The translations under genes were made by a program, and so were the position numbers. The notes beneath the pieces were generated by a model, which saw nothing but the letters and a program-made list of their open reading frames with translations, had not been told where the DNA came from and ran no database searches. A stretch of 61,965 nucleotides of DNA, from NCBI GenBank assembly GCA_947450355.1, contig CANFVB010000001.1, positions 1 through 61,965 of the forward strand. Reading direction: 5' to 3'. Origin of the DNA: Bacteroidota bacterium (GTDB taxonomy: Bacteria > Bacteroidota > Bacteroidia > Flavobacteriales > Flavobacteriaceae). Below are positions 10,035 to 22,953 of this stretch, piece after piece; the first letter of the stretch is position 1; every line of letters begins with the position of its first letter.

Positions 10035-12164
10035 TTAGTTTCCTATAAGCCCAGCATTTTTCAAATAAGGCTCAATTTGCATTTCATGCCCAACAAAATC
10101 TTTGAAAGCTTTATTTAAATCGACACTATTTCCCACAGATAAAATATACTTTCTGAAGCGTTCCCCATTCGCTCTTGTCATACCGCCATTGGTCTGCATC
10201 CAATCGAATGCATTATAATCTAAAGTTTTTGACCACGTATAAGCGTAATATCCAGCCGAATAACCGCCACTCCAAATGTGGGCAAAATAAGGCGAATGGT
10301 ATCTTGAAGGAACTTCATTTACTAACAAACCATATTTTTGTAAAGCTTCATTTTCAAATACTAAAGTAGGTTTTAAATCCGATTCTTTTTCAACACTATG
10401 CCAAGCCATATCTAATGTTGACGCTGCTAATAATTCTGTAACATCATATCCTTTATTGAAGGTTTCCGCTTTTTTAATTTTATCAATTAATGCTTGCGGA
10501 ATAACCTCTTTTGTCTGATAATGAATGGCATAATTTTTTAAAATAGTTGGGTCTAATGCTGCGTGTTCATTGATTTGGGAAGGAAATTCAACGTAATCTC
10601 TTGGAACTGCTGTTCCTGAAAGTGTTACATATTGTTGGTTTGCAAATAACCCGTGAAGCGTGTGTCCAAACTCGTGAAACATCGTTGTCACATCATCAAA
10701 ACTGATTAATGAAGGCTTACCATTTGCGGGTTTTGCAAAATTATATACGTTTACAATTACGGGTTTTTGTTTTAAATAATGGGATTGATTTACAAAATTA
10801 CTCATCCAAGCGCCACCACTTTTATTGTCTCTTGTGTAGAAATCTAAATAATAAATTGCAATCGATTTTCCGTCATTATCGAAGACTTCATAGGCAACAA
10901 CATCAGGATTATAGACAGGCAAATCTTTACGCTCTTTGAAAGTAATTCCATACATTTGTTTGGCAGCAAAAAACACTCCTTTTTCTAAAACGGTCGTTAT
11001 TTCAAAGTAGGGTTTTATTTGACTTTCATCTAAATCATATTTTGCTTTACGAACTTGTTCCGAATAAAAATTCCAATCCCAAGGTTCTAATTTGAATCCC
11101 CCATTTTGTGAATCTATTAAGTCTTGAATTTCTTTGGCTTCTACTTTAGCTTTTTCAACAGCTGGTTTTGCGATTTTGGCTAATAAATCCATTGCATTTG
11201 CAGGTAATTTTGCCATTTGATCTTGCAATCTCCATTCAGCAAAACTTTTCTTGCCCATTAAATTGGCTTTTTGCAAACGCAATTTCGCCATTTTTTCTAC
11301 TATTTCACGGGTATCGCCATCATCATTTTTTTCTGCTCGAGTCCAAGACGATTTAAATATTTTTTCTCTTGTAGCCCTATTCTTAAGGCTCGGTAATAAG
11401 GGTTGTTGCGTGGTATTTAACAATCCTATTAAATATTTTCCTTCGTGACCTGCTTCTTTCGCTTTGTCTTTTGCGGAAGCTATTTCGTCTGAACTTAAAC
11501 CCTCTAAATCAGTTGCTGAATCAAATAAAACCGCTCCATTTTTTCGGGCTGCCAATAATTTATTACCAAATGAAGTTCCTAAACTTGCCAACTCACCATT
11601 AATTTTTTTCATTTTTTCTTTATCCGAATCAGATAAATTTGCGCCAGCCAACTCAAATTGCTGCAAATAATATTCTGTCAGTTTTTTATCTTCACCTTTC
11701 AAAGCATTTAAATCTAATGCTTTAATGCGTTGGTATAATTTACTATTCAAATATATTTTATCGTTATGAGCAGAAAAAATCGGTGAATATTCTTCATCAA
11801 TTGCTTGTAATGTTGGATTGGTATTGGAACCCGTAAGATTTGAAAAAATCCCAGCAGCTCTGTTTAAATCAACACCACTAATTTCTAAAGCTAAAACTGT
11901 ATTTTCAAAAGTAGGTTTTGCAGTATTATTAGCAATTTTTTCAATTTCTATATCGTGAAATTTCAAACCATACTCAAAAGCTGGCTTGAAATGTTCCTCT
12001 TTAATAAGATTAAACGGAGGTGCTTGATACTGCAAAGCACTTCTTTGCAAAAGCGGATTTGTCATCATACTATTTGATTTTTTTGCATTTAATGATTGAG
12101 ATTGTGAAGCTGCTGCAAATAAAAATAAGGCACTTGCAACAATTATTTTTTTACTTATTTCCAT
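10035..12164 (-). CDS. dcp: M3-family metallopeptidase (peptidyl-dipeptidase Dcp-like), exported
   Basis: [28 protein letters not shown]; signal peptide from ATG 12164. Confidence 0.85.
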   Translation of the reverse strand: MEISKKIIVASALFLFAAASQSQSLNAKKSNSMMTNPLLQRSALQYQAPPFNLIKEEHFKPAFEYGLKFHDIEIEKIANNTAKPTFENTVLALEISGVDLNRAAGIFSNLTGSNTNPTLQAIDEEYSPIFSAHNDKIYLNSKLYQRIKALDLNALKGEDKKLTEYYLQQFELAGANLSDSDKEKMKKINGELASLGTSFGNKLLAARKNGAVLFDSATDLEGLSSDEIASAKDKAKEAGHEGKYLIGLLNTTQQPLLPSLKNRATREKIFKSSWTRAEKNDDGDTREIVEKMAKLRLQKANLMGKKSFAEWRLQDQMAKLPANAMDLLAKIAKPAVEKAKVEAKEIQDLIDSQNGGFKLEPWDWNFYSEQVRKAKYDLDESQIKPYFEITTVLEKGVFFAAKQMYGITFKERKDLPVYNPDVVAYEVFDNDGKSIAIYYLDFYTRDNKSGGAWMSNFVNQSHYLKQKPVIVNVYNFAKPANGKPSLISFDDVTTMFHEFGHTLHGLFANQQYVTLSGTAVPRDYVEFPSQINEHAALDPTILKNYAIHYQTKEVIPQALIDKIKKAETFNKGYDVTELLAASTLDMAWHSVEKESDLKPTLVFENEALQKYGLLVNEVPSRYHSPYFAHIWSGGYSAGYYAYTWSKTLDYNAFDWMQTNGGMTRANGERFRKYILSVGNSVDLNKAFKDFVGHEMQIEPYLKNAGLIGN

Positions 12165-12330
12165 AATAATATTGGTTTTTTTAGGTGGTATAAAAGTAAT
12201 AGAAATTATGGATTTAAAAATGGAATCTGGTAAATTAATTTCTATTTCAAATAAATTGAACATTAAAATAATTTGGCACAATTCTAAAACCTATAAAACT
12301 TTGTACCTTTGCCACTTTGTACCTTATTAT

Positions 12331-13014
12331 ATGAGAATAGATATTATTACCGTTTTACCAGAATTATTGCGAAGTCCGTTTGAGGCATCGATAATGAAAC
12401 GTGCTATTGACAAAGGAATAGTAGCAGTTCATTTTCATAATTTACGTGATTATACAACCAACAAACAGAAATCTGTAGATGATTATCCCTTTGGTGGCGG
12501 AGCAGGAATGGTTATGACAGTGCAGCCAATAGACGCTTGTATCACACATTTAAAAAGTGAAAGAAGCTACGATGAAATCATTTATATGTCGCCAGACGGA
12601 GAAACATTGAACCAGAAAATGGCGAATACCATGTCGATGTATGAAAATATTATTATCCTTTGTGGACATTATAAAGGTGTAGATCAAAGAGTTCGTGACC
12701 ATTTTATTACCAAAGAAATTTCAATTGGCGATTACGTTTTGTCGGGCGGTGAACTTGGCGCATTGGTTTTATCCGACGCTTTAATCCGATTAATTCCTGG
12801 GGTTTTAAGCGACGAAACATCCGCATTAACAGATAGTTTTCAAGACGGATTATTATCAGGTCCAATATATACGCGCCCCGCAGATTATAAAGGTTGGAAA
12901 GTTCCTGAAGTTTTAACTAGTGGAAACTTTGCTAAAATTGACAAATGGCGCGATGAAATGGCATATGAACATACCAAAAATAGAAGACCGGATTTGCTTG
13001 AAGACGCCCCCTAA
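12331..13014 (+). CDS. trmD: tRNA (guanine-N1)-methyltransferase
   Basis: [42 protein letters not shown]; TACCTTTG promoter box at 12304..12311. Confidence 0.97.
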   Translation: MRIDIITVLPELLRSPFEASIMKRAIDKGIVAVHFHNLRDYTTNKQKSVDDYPFGGGAGMVMTVQPIDACITHLKSERSYDEIIYMSPDGETLNQKMANTMSMYENIIILCGHYKGVDQRVRDHFITKEISIGDYVLSGGELGALVLSDALIRLIPGVLSDETSALTDSFQDGLLSGPIYTRPADYKGWKVPEVLTSGNFAKIDKWRDEMAYEHTKNRRPDLLEDAP

Positions 13015-13116
13015 CCCCCAAAGGGGGAACTCCGCAGACTAGTTAAAAATCATCCTATTTTATATAAAAATAAACCATGCCAAATAAATAGATTAATAAA
13101 ATCAAATAATATACTA

Positions 13117-13285
13117 AAAGACTATAATTATAAGCTCCGAGGTATTAATTATAATCTAATAATATCAATTTAAACTCTCAAAGACTATAATTATTAGCTC
13201 CTAGGTTATAATTATAGACTAATAGTATCAAATTATAATCTCAAAGACTATAATTATAAGCTCCGAGGCATTAATTAGAATCTAA
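13117..13285. repeat. 63-bp tandem repeat (3 x 21-bp sub-units), about 2.7 copies
   Basis: AAAGACTATAATTAT starts at 13117, 13180, 13243; sub-units centred on TATAATTATA-like palindromes. Confidence 0.9.
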
Positions 13286-13352
13286 GAACCTAAAATCAAG
13301 ACAATGTGACAAATAATTTATAATTTATAACTCATAATTAATAATTATTTTT

Positions 13353-13435
13353 TACTTTTGCACCCACATTTGACCAACCTCTGGCGAAATCCGCGAATGT
13401 TGCTTAGATTTAAAACCATAATTAAAAAAATTATC
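13353..13435 (+). promoter_or_regulatory. rplS promoter (-7 box TACTTTTG) and GC-richer 5' leader, candidate L19 autoregulatory leader
   Basis: TACTTTTG at 13353..13360; leader CCAACCTCTGGCGAAATCCGCGAATGTTG stands out from AT-rich flanks; an L19 leader motif is described for Flavobacteria (not verified here). Confidence 0.55.
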
Positions 13436-13786
13436 ATGGCAGATTTAATGAAATTCGTTAAAGACGAATTTGTAACAAAAAAAGAATTCCCTGTATTTGG
13501 AGCTGGAGACACAATCACAGTTTTCTACGAAATTAAAGAGGGTGAAAAAACAAGAACTCAGTTTTTTAAAGGAGTTGTTATTCAAAGAAGAGGTTCTGGA
13601 AACACAGAAACTTTTACTATTCGTAAAATGTCAGGTGCAATTGGAGTTGAGCGTATCTTCCCAGTAAACTTGCCCGCTTTACAGAAAATTGAAATCAACA
13701 AAAAAGGTGCTGTTCGTAGAGCTCGTATCTATTACTTCAGAGAGCTTACTGGTAAAAAAGCAAAAATTAAAGATAAAAGAAGATAG
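13436..13786 (+). CDS. rplS: 50S ribosomal protein L19
   Basis: GDTITVFYEIKEGEKTRTQFFKGVV, GVERIFP, VRRARIYY; start set to ATG 13436. Confidence 0.97.
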   Translation: MADLMKFVKDEFVTKKEFPVFGAGDTITVFYEIKEGEKTRTQFFKGVVIQRRGSGNTETFTIRKMSGAIGVERIFPVNLPALQKIEINKKGAVRRARIYYFRELTGKKAKIKDKRR

Positions 13787-13805
13787 TCAAATGTCTTTTT
13801 GTCAT

Positions 13806-13840
13806 AAATCCCGTTTCGATTCATTTCGAAACGGGATTTT
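13806..13840 (+). terminator. Intrinsic terminator
   Basis: AAATCCCGTTTCGA-TTCATT-TCGAAACGGGATTTT. Confidence 0.85.
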
Positions 13841-13984
13841 CATTTTTATCAGTAAATCCGTTTTAAAATGAGGAATTCATCATAACAAAAATTAAAAATC
13901 AATAAATTCATATTATTTCTATTTATATCCAACATAAATAGACTGTATTAACAATAACGAAAACGATTTTTCCTATATTTGTAA

Positions 13985-16231
<2,247 letters not shown>

Positions 16232-16249
16232 AACATAAATGTATTTTTA

Positions 16250-16282
16250 AAGAAAAGCTGTCAATCATTGGCAGCTTTTCTT
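16250..16282 (+). terminator. Hairpin/terminator after icd
   Basis: AAGAAAAGCTGTCAA-TCA-TTGGCAGCTTTTCTT. Confidence 0.65.
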
Positions 16283-16294
16283 ATAAAATTTAAA

Positions 16295-18181
16295 ATGAAA
16301 AAAATTCCCTTATTACTACTAGTACTATTATCAGCTTTCCACAGTTTTGGACAGTTAGGCTTTTGCAATGGTAGTAAAGGAATTCCCATTTTTACAGAAG
16401 ATTTTGGAAGCGGAACTGATTATGGCCCCGCATTGCCAGCAGGTGTAACTTCCTATACTTTTATCGCTGGAACGCCAGGCGACGGACTTTATACGTTATA
16501 TTACAGAACCAATCAATACACTTCTTGGCACAATTCACCCGATCATACTCCCGATAATCAACCGAATGGAACAAACGGAAAATCGTTAATTGTCAATGCA
16601 AGTTTCACGCCAAGTGAGTTTTACAAAAGAGTAGTTTCTGGATTGTGCGTCAATACCACTTTTGAATTTACTGCTTGGTTGTTAAATGTATATAATGCCT
16701 CATCGACAGGTGCGTGTCCTGGAACAGGAATCCCAATAAATGTAACTTTTGAAATTTGGGATAGTACGGAAACAACGCTATTACGATCTGGAAATACTGG
16801 AGATATTAACGGAACATCATCAGCAAATTGGACACAATATGGCTTATTGTTTACCACTGGAATCGGTCAAACTTCTGTAGTTTTAAAAATGAGAAATAAC
16901 GGCGTTGGCGGTTGCGGAAACGATCTTGCCATTGACGATATTATGTTCCGCTCTTGTGGCGATTTCACAACAATTGGCACAACAGCAACAACAGGAAACA
17001 CCTATTCCGTTTGCGAAGATGTTACACCCATAAACATTAATTTACAAGTAAATAGTTCAGGAATAACAACGAATGTTTTTCAATGGCAAGAGAGTTTGGA
17101 CAATATAATTTGGAATGATATTACTGGAGAAAACAGCAGTAATTATGCAACTCCAAACATAACTACATCCCATTATTATCGGGTAAAAGTAGCTCAAGAT
17201 ATTGCCAATTTAAACAATGCATTCTGTTCTACAATATCTGAAATTTTTAGTGTCTTAATTAAACAAAAACCGCTCGCACCATTAAGTAATGGTAATATTA
17301 TTATTTGTGAAAACGATCCAATTCCAGCATTAACAGTAGCTACATTCGGTTCTGAAAGTGTAAATTGGTATTCTGCCGCAACAGGCGGAACGTTATTACA
17401 AAGTAATTCCGTGGCTTTTACGCCCTCAAATGCTGGAATTTTCTATGCAGAATCCTACACTTTGAATACCTGTGTAAGTGCCAATCGAACCGCCGTCCAA
17501 CTCACTATGAATCCAATTCCTATAATAGTTCAAAACGAAACCACCATTTTATGCGAAACAAAATCAGTCCTTTTAGATGCAGAAATTAATAACGTAACCT
17601 ACAATTGGTCAACAACCGAAACCACCAAAAGCATAACAGTTACAACTCCAGGAATCTTCACCGTTACCGTTACAAGCCCAAATGGATGCACGAATTTAAA
17701 AACAATAGTTGTAACCGAAAACCTCATTCCGATTATCACAAACGTAGTAATTGACGAACGGCAAGTAACAATAATAACTGTTATTTCGGGCGATTACGAA
17801 TATTCTTTAGACGGCATAAATTACCAAAATTCCAATGTTTTTGAAAATACCATTGGGGGCATTAAAAAAGCGTATGTTCGAGAAAAAAACAATTGCGGCA
17901 TAGCCACTTTCGATTTTACATTAATAATAATTCCAAAGTTTTTCACTCCAAACGGCGACACCTACAATGATTATTTTAGCATGGAAGGTTTTCAATTTAT
18001 CAACAATACCACCATTGCAATTTTTGACAGATATGGAAAATTAATTACCTATCTGAACAAGAAAAACGGAACTTGGGATGGTACTTTACTTGGAAAACCA
18101 TTACCAGCAAGCGATTATTGGTACAAAGCAATCCTTCAAGACGGAACAGAATTGAAAGGACATTTTGCCTTAATTCGATAA
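16295..18181 (+). CDS. T9SS type B cargo (gliding-motility-associated C-terminal domain) with Ig-like repeats
   Basis: Signal peptide; GNDLAIDDI; C-terminal IPKFFTPNGD..IFDRYGK..LPASDYWY..KGHFALIR; start set to ATG 16295. Confidence 0.9.
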   Translation: MKKIPLLLLVLLSAFHSFGQLGFCNGSKGIPIFTEDFGSGTDYGPALPAGVTSYTFIAGTPGDGLYTLYYRTNQYTSWHNSPDHTPDNQPNGTNGKSLIVNASFTPSEFYKRVVSGLCVNTTFEFTAWLLNVYNASSTGACPGTGIPINVTFEIWDSTETTLLRSGNTGDINGTSSANWTQYGLLFTTGIGQTSVVLKMRNNGVGGCGNDLAIDDIMFRSCGDFTTIGTTATTGNTYSVCEDVTPININLQVNSSGITTNVFQWQESLDNIIWNDITGENSSNYATPNITTSHYYRVKVAQDIANLNNAFCSTISEIFSVLIKQKPLAPLSNGNIIICENDPIPALTVATFGSESVNWYSAATGGTLLQSNSVAFTPSNAGIFYAESYTLNTCVSANRTAVQLTMNPIPIIVQNETTILCETKSVLLDAEINNVTYNWSTTETTKSITVTTPGIFTVTVTSPNGCTNLKTIVVTENLIPIITNVVIDERQVTIITVISGDYEYSLDGINYQNSNVFENTIGGIKKAYVREKNNCGIATFDFTLIIIPKFFTPNGDTYNDYFSMEGFQFINNTTIAIFDRYGKLITYLNKKNGTWDGTLLGKPLPASDYWYKAILQDGTELKGHFALIR

Positions 18182-18350
18182 AATCCATGCATTTAATTCG
18201 TGCAGTATTTTGAAATATTTCAATATATTTGTAGCGAACTCTCCATTTAAATTAATAATTTTATTCAATACATTTAAACCGTTATTATTTTGAATAAAGG
18301 TTCTAATTTCTACAAATTACCTCTTCTGAAAAACAAAAAACATCAATATT

Positions 18351-18422
18351 TTACCACTTATACCTAAATACGCCCACTTATTACTTGGCGTATTTAATTC
18401 AGACTATTCCCGATTACCTTTG
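18351..18422 (+). promoter_or_regulatory. Promoter of the surface-protein locus with direct-repeat operator
   Basis: ACCACTTAT-N11-CCCACTTAT; 19-mer GCCCACTTATTACTTGGCG (18372..18390); -7 box TACCTTTG (18415..18422) after a 24-nt gap; same architecture at 42392..42463. Confidence 0.75.
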
Positions 18423-18766
18423 TACGAAATATATAATTAGATTGTATTAATTTGAATATCAATAATAATTTAATTGGTTTTTTAACTTAATATATTACTG
18501 TAGTTATTCTAAGGTAAGATTTTTTTTAAGCACTTACTTTATATTTTTACTGGTATTTTTTTGAGGGATTGAATTTCAGTACATGTTATTAAAAGCCAAT
18601 TAAAAAATCTCATTTACATATATCCTATTATTGATGTATGTAAATTGAGATTGTTGTTTTATGAATGAATATCTGAATGATTCAATATTATCTTTTAATA
18701 TAATATTAAAGTAATTATGAATTTTTACATTCCAAATATTAATATAATTAGATAAATACGAATATA

Positions 18767-18994
18767 ATGAAGAAGATTTTTAAGGAAAAAAGTAAAACTA
18801 TAATTTTTACTGTTTGTTTTATGTTTAATTCAACATTGTTTCTTGCTCAAGTAGATACTGTTGATGGACCTGAAGGGCCGCCTACTGGTTCAATAGATAT
18901 TATGTTATTACCAATGATAATTGTTGCAGTATTAGTGGCATTTAATTTTTACAAGAATACTAAAAGTGATAAATTCCTAAATAACAAAATATAA
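18767..18994 (+). CDS. Small exported/membrane peptide, PID-CTERM-like
   Basis: Signal peptide ending AQ, Pro-rich linker GPEGPP, (G)SID motif + TM helix + basic tail; lies directly before a T9SS cargo gene. Confidence 0.6.
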   Translation: MKKIFKEKSKTIIFTVCFMFNSTLFLAQVDTVDGPEGPPTGSIDIMLLPMIIVAVLVAFNFYKNTKSDKFLNNKI

Positions 18995-19019
18995 AAACCG
19001 AAGTTTAAAATTCTTAAAT

Positions 19020-21425
19020 ATGAAAAAAATATACAATTCAAAATTTCACTTTTCAAAAGGTTTAGTATTAACTTTATTCATTTTGATCTTTTTTACCGTT
19101 ACTGGACAAGTTTCAAATAAAGGAAATTTAGCTATTTTTAACAATGGAACTTTTTATGTAAAAGGCGCGTTTGTATTTGGTTCTACAGGACTAGTGAAAA
19201 CTTCAAGAACAGCGGGTACTTATGGAAAAATATCTTTTTCTCCAATAGCTACTATAACGGGTGTTTCTGGAACACAATTTACAGATGGTTATGTTAGAAA
19301 ACAGGGAGATTCAGAATATCTATTTCCAATCGGACAATCGTCTAGATATGCTCCATTAAAAATTATTCCTACTATTGATTCTGCAATAGATGCTGCTTAT
19401 TTTGCGGTGGATCCAAACACCTTGGGAATTGGTTTGGACGCTTCATCAGTTTCTTACATTTCAACATCTGAATATTGGGATATTAGTAGTCCAGTATTAG
19501 GAACAACCTCTAAAATTTCTTTGACTTGGAGAGCAACATCTAGCGGTGTTCAAACTATTGCAAATGGTGTTTTTGATGATTTGGTAATAGTTGGACTAAG
19601 AAGAACTTCAAACAATTGGGAGCAGATACCTTCTATAATTGATGTAACTTCAGTTTTATCTGAAACAAGTTCTATTACAGGTGGTGGTTCAATAACTTCA
19701 TTTAATGATGTTGTATTGGATGATTATTCCGCATTTACACTAGGAAGAAAAGGAATTTGTTCATTACTTATTTCAGCATCTGGAGCAACAAAAACATGGA
19801 ATGGTAGTTGGGATAATGGCGCACCTAATTTGAGTGATCGTGCAGTAATTAATTCCGCTTTTTCAGGTCCAATTTCTTGTAATTCACTGCAATTAAATGC
19901 TGATTTAACTTTGGCGAATGGTCAACTTGCTGAAATTGTAAATGGAGTAACTGGAGTAGGTAAAATCATTATGGCAAATCAGGCTAGTGTTGTTCAAAGA
20001 AGTACTTCCACAGATAGACCAAATATAGAGTTAACAAAACAATCGCGTCCAATGCGTGGTTTTGATTATATTTATTGGGGTACACCAACAGTTGAAAATG
20101 TCTTTTCTCAATTGGCGGAAGCCAAAGCACAAACAGGTACATTATTGGGAGCTTTAGATTTAAAATATTACTATCAATCAGGAACTGGTGGAGGTTGGCG
20201 TACATTAACGGCTACGGAACCAGGAAAAGGATTTATTACAAGAGTTAAAAACCAAGCTCCATTTGATACATTTACTTCATTGCAATATGACAATATAAAT
20301 TTAAAATTTTCAGGAACAGCAAATAATGGTGATGTTTCAGTAGGTGTTACTAGAAATCCTACAAACATTAACGGAGGAACAAGTCATAATTTACTTTCAA
20401 ATCCCTACCCTTGTGCTATTGATGGTGATAAATTTTTAATAGGGAATCCTAATTTAGACGGTGTTATTTATGTATGGCAAGCAGTCACTCAAAATCCAGG
20501 TACTGTTACTGCTTACGGGCAGGCGGATTATGTTCCTTACACAAGAGCTGGTTTTGCAGCAGCAACTTGGGCTTCACGAGAAAGATTTTTAGGAAAATTA
20601 TCATCTGGTCAAGGGTTTTTAGTTAAATATTTAGATGTAGTTTCAGGCGTTCCTACTCCAACAACGGGTACAATAACGTTTACAAACTGTATGAAGATGG
20701 TAGCTAATAATTCTAATTTTATTAGAGCAACAGAAGAAGTTGTTATTAAAGACCGATATAAATTAAATATGAGTGGAAGTAACAGTGTATATAGTCAAAT
20801 ATTAACTGCTTATTTACCGGAATGTACTTATGGATATGATAGAATGTATGATGCCCCAAGAAATTCGGTAAGTACTGCAAAACTTTATAGTATTCTAGAA
20901 ACTGTCGGAACGAAATTAGCAATTAATGCTCGTCCAAGTTTTGTAATTACGGATGTAGTTCCGCTTGGAGTTAGTAAATCTACTGCTGCCGCTGAAGATT
21001 TTACAATAGGAATTTCAGATAAAGAGGGTGTTTTTGATACTGGAGGAATATCTGTATTCTTACATGACATTTTGTTAGGTACGTATCATGATTTTGCAAC
21101 TGGAGATTATACTTTTACCGCTGATGCGTTAGCTATTGATAACAGATTTGAAGTTGTATATCAAAGTCCTACCGTTTTAAATACTCCCAATTTTAATGTT
21201 GGACAAATAATAGCAAATATTAGTTCAAATATAATTACAGTTTCTTCAACTAACGAAATGAAAGGTATTGAAATTTTTGATATTTCAGGAAGAAAAATAC
21301 AATCCTTTGAATTGAATGGAGCAACTTCAATGGTAAAACCATTCGTATTTGCGGAAGGAATTTATATTGCCAAAATTAAGTTAGAAAATGGAGCATTAGT
21401 CAGTCAAAAATTAATTAATAAATAA
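19020..21425 (+). CDS. T9SS-secreted surface protein, candidate hub of the fibre locus
   Basis: Signal peptide; DGYVRKQG..FPIG, SEYWDI, LSNPYPCAID; C-terminal domain IEIFDISGRKI..GIYIAKI..KLINK. Confidence 0.85.
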   Translation: MKKIYNSKFHFSKGLVLTLFILIFFTVTGQVSNKGNLAIFNNGTFYVKGAFVFGSTGLVKTSRTAGTYGKISFSPIATITGVSGTQFTDGYVRKQGDSEYLFPIGQSSRYAPLKIIPTIDSAIDAAYFAVDPNTLGIGLDASSVSYISTSEYWDISSPVLGTTSKISLTWRATSSGVQTIANGVFDDLVIVGLRRTSNNWEQIPSIIDVTSVLSETSSITGGGSITSFNDVVLDDYSAFTLGRKGICSLLISASGATKTWNGSWDNGAPNLSDRAVINSAFSGPISCNSLQLNADLTLANGQLAEIVNGVTGVGKIIMANQASVVQRSTSTDRPNIELTKQSRPMRGFDYIYWGTPTVENVFSQLAEAKAQTGTLLGALDLKYYYQSGTGGGWRTLTATEPGKGFITRVKNQAPFDTFTSLQYDNINLKFSGTANNGDVSVGVTRNPTNINGGTSHNLLSNPYPCAIDGDKFLIGNPNLDGVIYVWQAVTQNPGTVTAYGQADYVPYTRAGFAAATWASRERFLGKLSSGQGFLVKYLDVVSGVPTPTTGTITFTNCMKMVANNSNFIRATEEVVIKDRYKLNMSGSNSVYSQILTAYLPECTYGYDRMYDAPRNSVSTAKLYSILETVGTKLAINARPSFVITDVVPLGVSKSTAAAEDFTIGISDKEGVFDTGGISVFLHDILLGTYHDFATGDYTFTADALAIDNRFEVVYQSPTVLNTPNFNVGQIIANISSNIITVSSTNEMKGIEIFDISGRKIQSFELNGATSMVKPFVFAEGIYIAKIKLENGALVSQKLINK

Positions 21426-21463
21426 TAAGCAAAATATCAACCCCCCCCCAAAAATTTTTAAAA

Positions 21464-22753
21464 ATGAAAAAAACAGTAATAACATCCGTATTAGTATTAA
21501 CATTTTGTAGTCTATTTTCCCAAGAAAAAGATACAATAAGAGGTAGTGAATATAACAAATGGTCAGTTGAATTTAATGTTGGAACAAACAAAGGAATAAA
21601 ACCTTTTAGTACAGGTTATTTTTCATCCAATGAGAATAAGTTTTTTAACATGTCCAAAGTAAATCATTTTGATATTGGAGTAAGAAGAATGCTAAGTATA
21701 AAATTTGGACTTAAATTTGATTTTGCCTCTGACAATTTTTCAAATCAAAATGGTAGTGGGTCACTGCCTTTTGAAACACAACAATATAGAATCGGTTTGC
21801 AGGGTGTAATGAATCTAGCACGTGTTCTTTCATTTGAAGAATTTACACAACGTTTTGGTTTATTGGCTCATGCAGGTATTCAAGTAGCGAAATTTACTTC
21901 AAAATATGGTGTTTCAAATGGAGCTTCTGAAAATAATGGTGGATTGATTTATGGTTTAACCCCTCAAATTAGAATCACAGATAAATTAATTTTCACGGCT
22001 GATTTTACAATGGTATCAAATGTACGTCAGCATTTAAATTGGGACGGTAGCACATCTGCAAAAGATAATAATCTTACTGGAGAAATGTACAATACCTCTA
22101 TAGGACTTACTTATTATTTTGGGAACAAACAAAAACATGCAGATTGGTATATACCAGCTGCAGTAGTAGTTCCAGATCCAGAAGTAATTAAGCATTTGAA
22201 AGACATCGATATTTTGATGAAAGATACAGATAGAGATGGAATTGTAGATCATTTAGACCGTCAAAACAATACTCCTTCAGGTGTTACAGTTGATAGTAAA
22301 GGACAATTTATTGATGCTAATTTAAATGGAGTGCCAGACGAAATGGATCCAAAACCTAAAGATGGTATTGATGGTGTTTCAAAAGTGGTAATTGCACAGT
22401 CAGATGCTATTCAATCATTAATTGAGAAAGGATTTGTGAATTTATTTTATGATTTAAACAAAGATGAACCAAATGTAGGATCAACAAATAATGTTTATTA
22501 CATAATTAAATTTTTAAAATCGTATCCTACGGCAAAAGCTTCTTTAATGGGTTATACAGATGTTAAAGGTTCTGCGGCTTATAATCTTAAGTTATCTGAA
22601 AGAAGGGTGAAAAACATTTATAATATTATTGTTTCAAATGGAATAGATCCAAAAAGAGTTACCGTTTTAGGTAATGGAGTAGATAAAGATTATTCAACTG
22701 ATACTAAAACTGGTTTAAGTTTGGCAAGACGCGTATCTATAATTTTAGAATAA
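21464..22753 (+). CDS. OmpA-family protein (N-terminal beta-barrel, TSP3-like Ca-binding repeat, OmpA peptidoglycan-binding domain)
   Basis: Barrel ending IGLTYYFG; DTDRDGIVDHLD; GYTDVKG..YNLKLSERR..RRVSI. Confidence 0.9.
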   Translation: MKKTVITSVLVLTFCSLFSQEKDTIRGSEYNKWSVEFNVGTNKGIKPFSTGYFSSNENKFFNMSKVNHFDIGVRRMLSIKFGLKFDFASDNFSNQNGSGSLPFETQQYRIGLQGVMNLARVLSFEEFTQRFGLLAHAGIQVAKFTSKYGVSNGASENNGGLIYGLTPQIRITDKLIFTADFTMVSNVRQHLNWDGSTSAKDNNLTGEMYNTSIGLTYYFGNKQKHADWYIPAAVVVPDPEVIKHLKDIDILMKDTDRDGIVDHLDRQNNTPSGVTVDSKGQFIDANLNGVPDEMDPKPKDGIDGVSKVVIAQSDAIQSLIEKGFVNLFYDLNKDEPNVGSTNNVYYIIKFLKSYPTAKASLMGYTDVKGSAAYNLKLSERRVKNIYNIIVSNGIDPKRVTVLGNGVDKDYSTDTKTGLSLARRVSIILE

Positions 22754-22830
22754 ATGAAATAATACAATCCTCCTATTTTTTTAAAATAAATATGGGGAAT
22801 TGTATAAATTGAAACAATCGTATTTAACGA

Positions 22831-22950
22831 TTAAAAAAGTAATCTCTGAAATTTTTTTTAAGGTTTTTTTATCAATCATCATAATATTGACGGATTTGAT
22901 TTTAAAGTTTAAACCTCAAAAAGGATGTTTTAGAGATTATTTTTTTTTAA
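22831..22950 (+). promoter_or_regulatory. Long imperfect AU-rich hairpin ending 3 nt before the first fibre-gene ATG
   Basis: 5' arm TTAAAAAAGTAATCTCTGAAA..AGGTTT pairs with 3' arm AAACCT..TTTTAGAGATTATTTTTTTTTAA; inner ATCAA/TTGAT pair. Confidence 0.55.
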
Positions 22951-22953
22951 CAA

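Noticed and set aside
12172-12330. Overlapping divergent N-terminal extensions of trmD and the M3 peptidase
   Set aside because: True starts are 12331 and 12164; the interval is a promoter region
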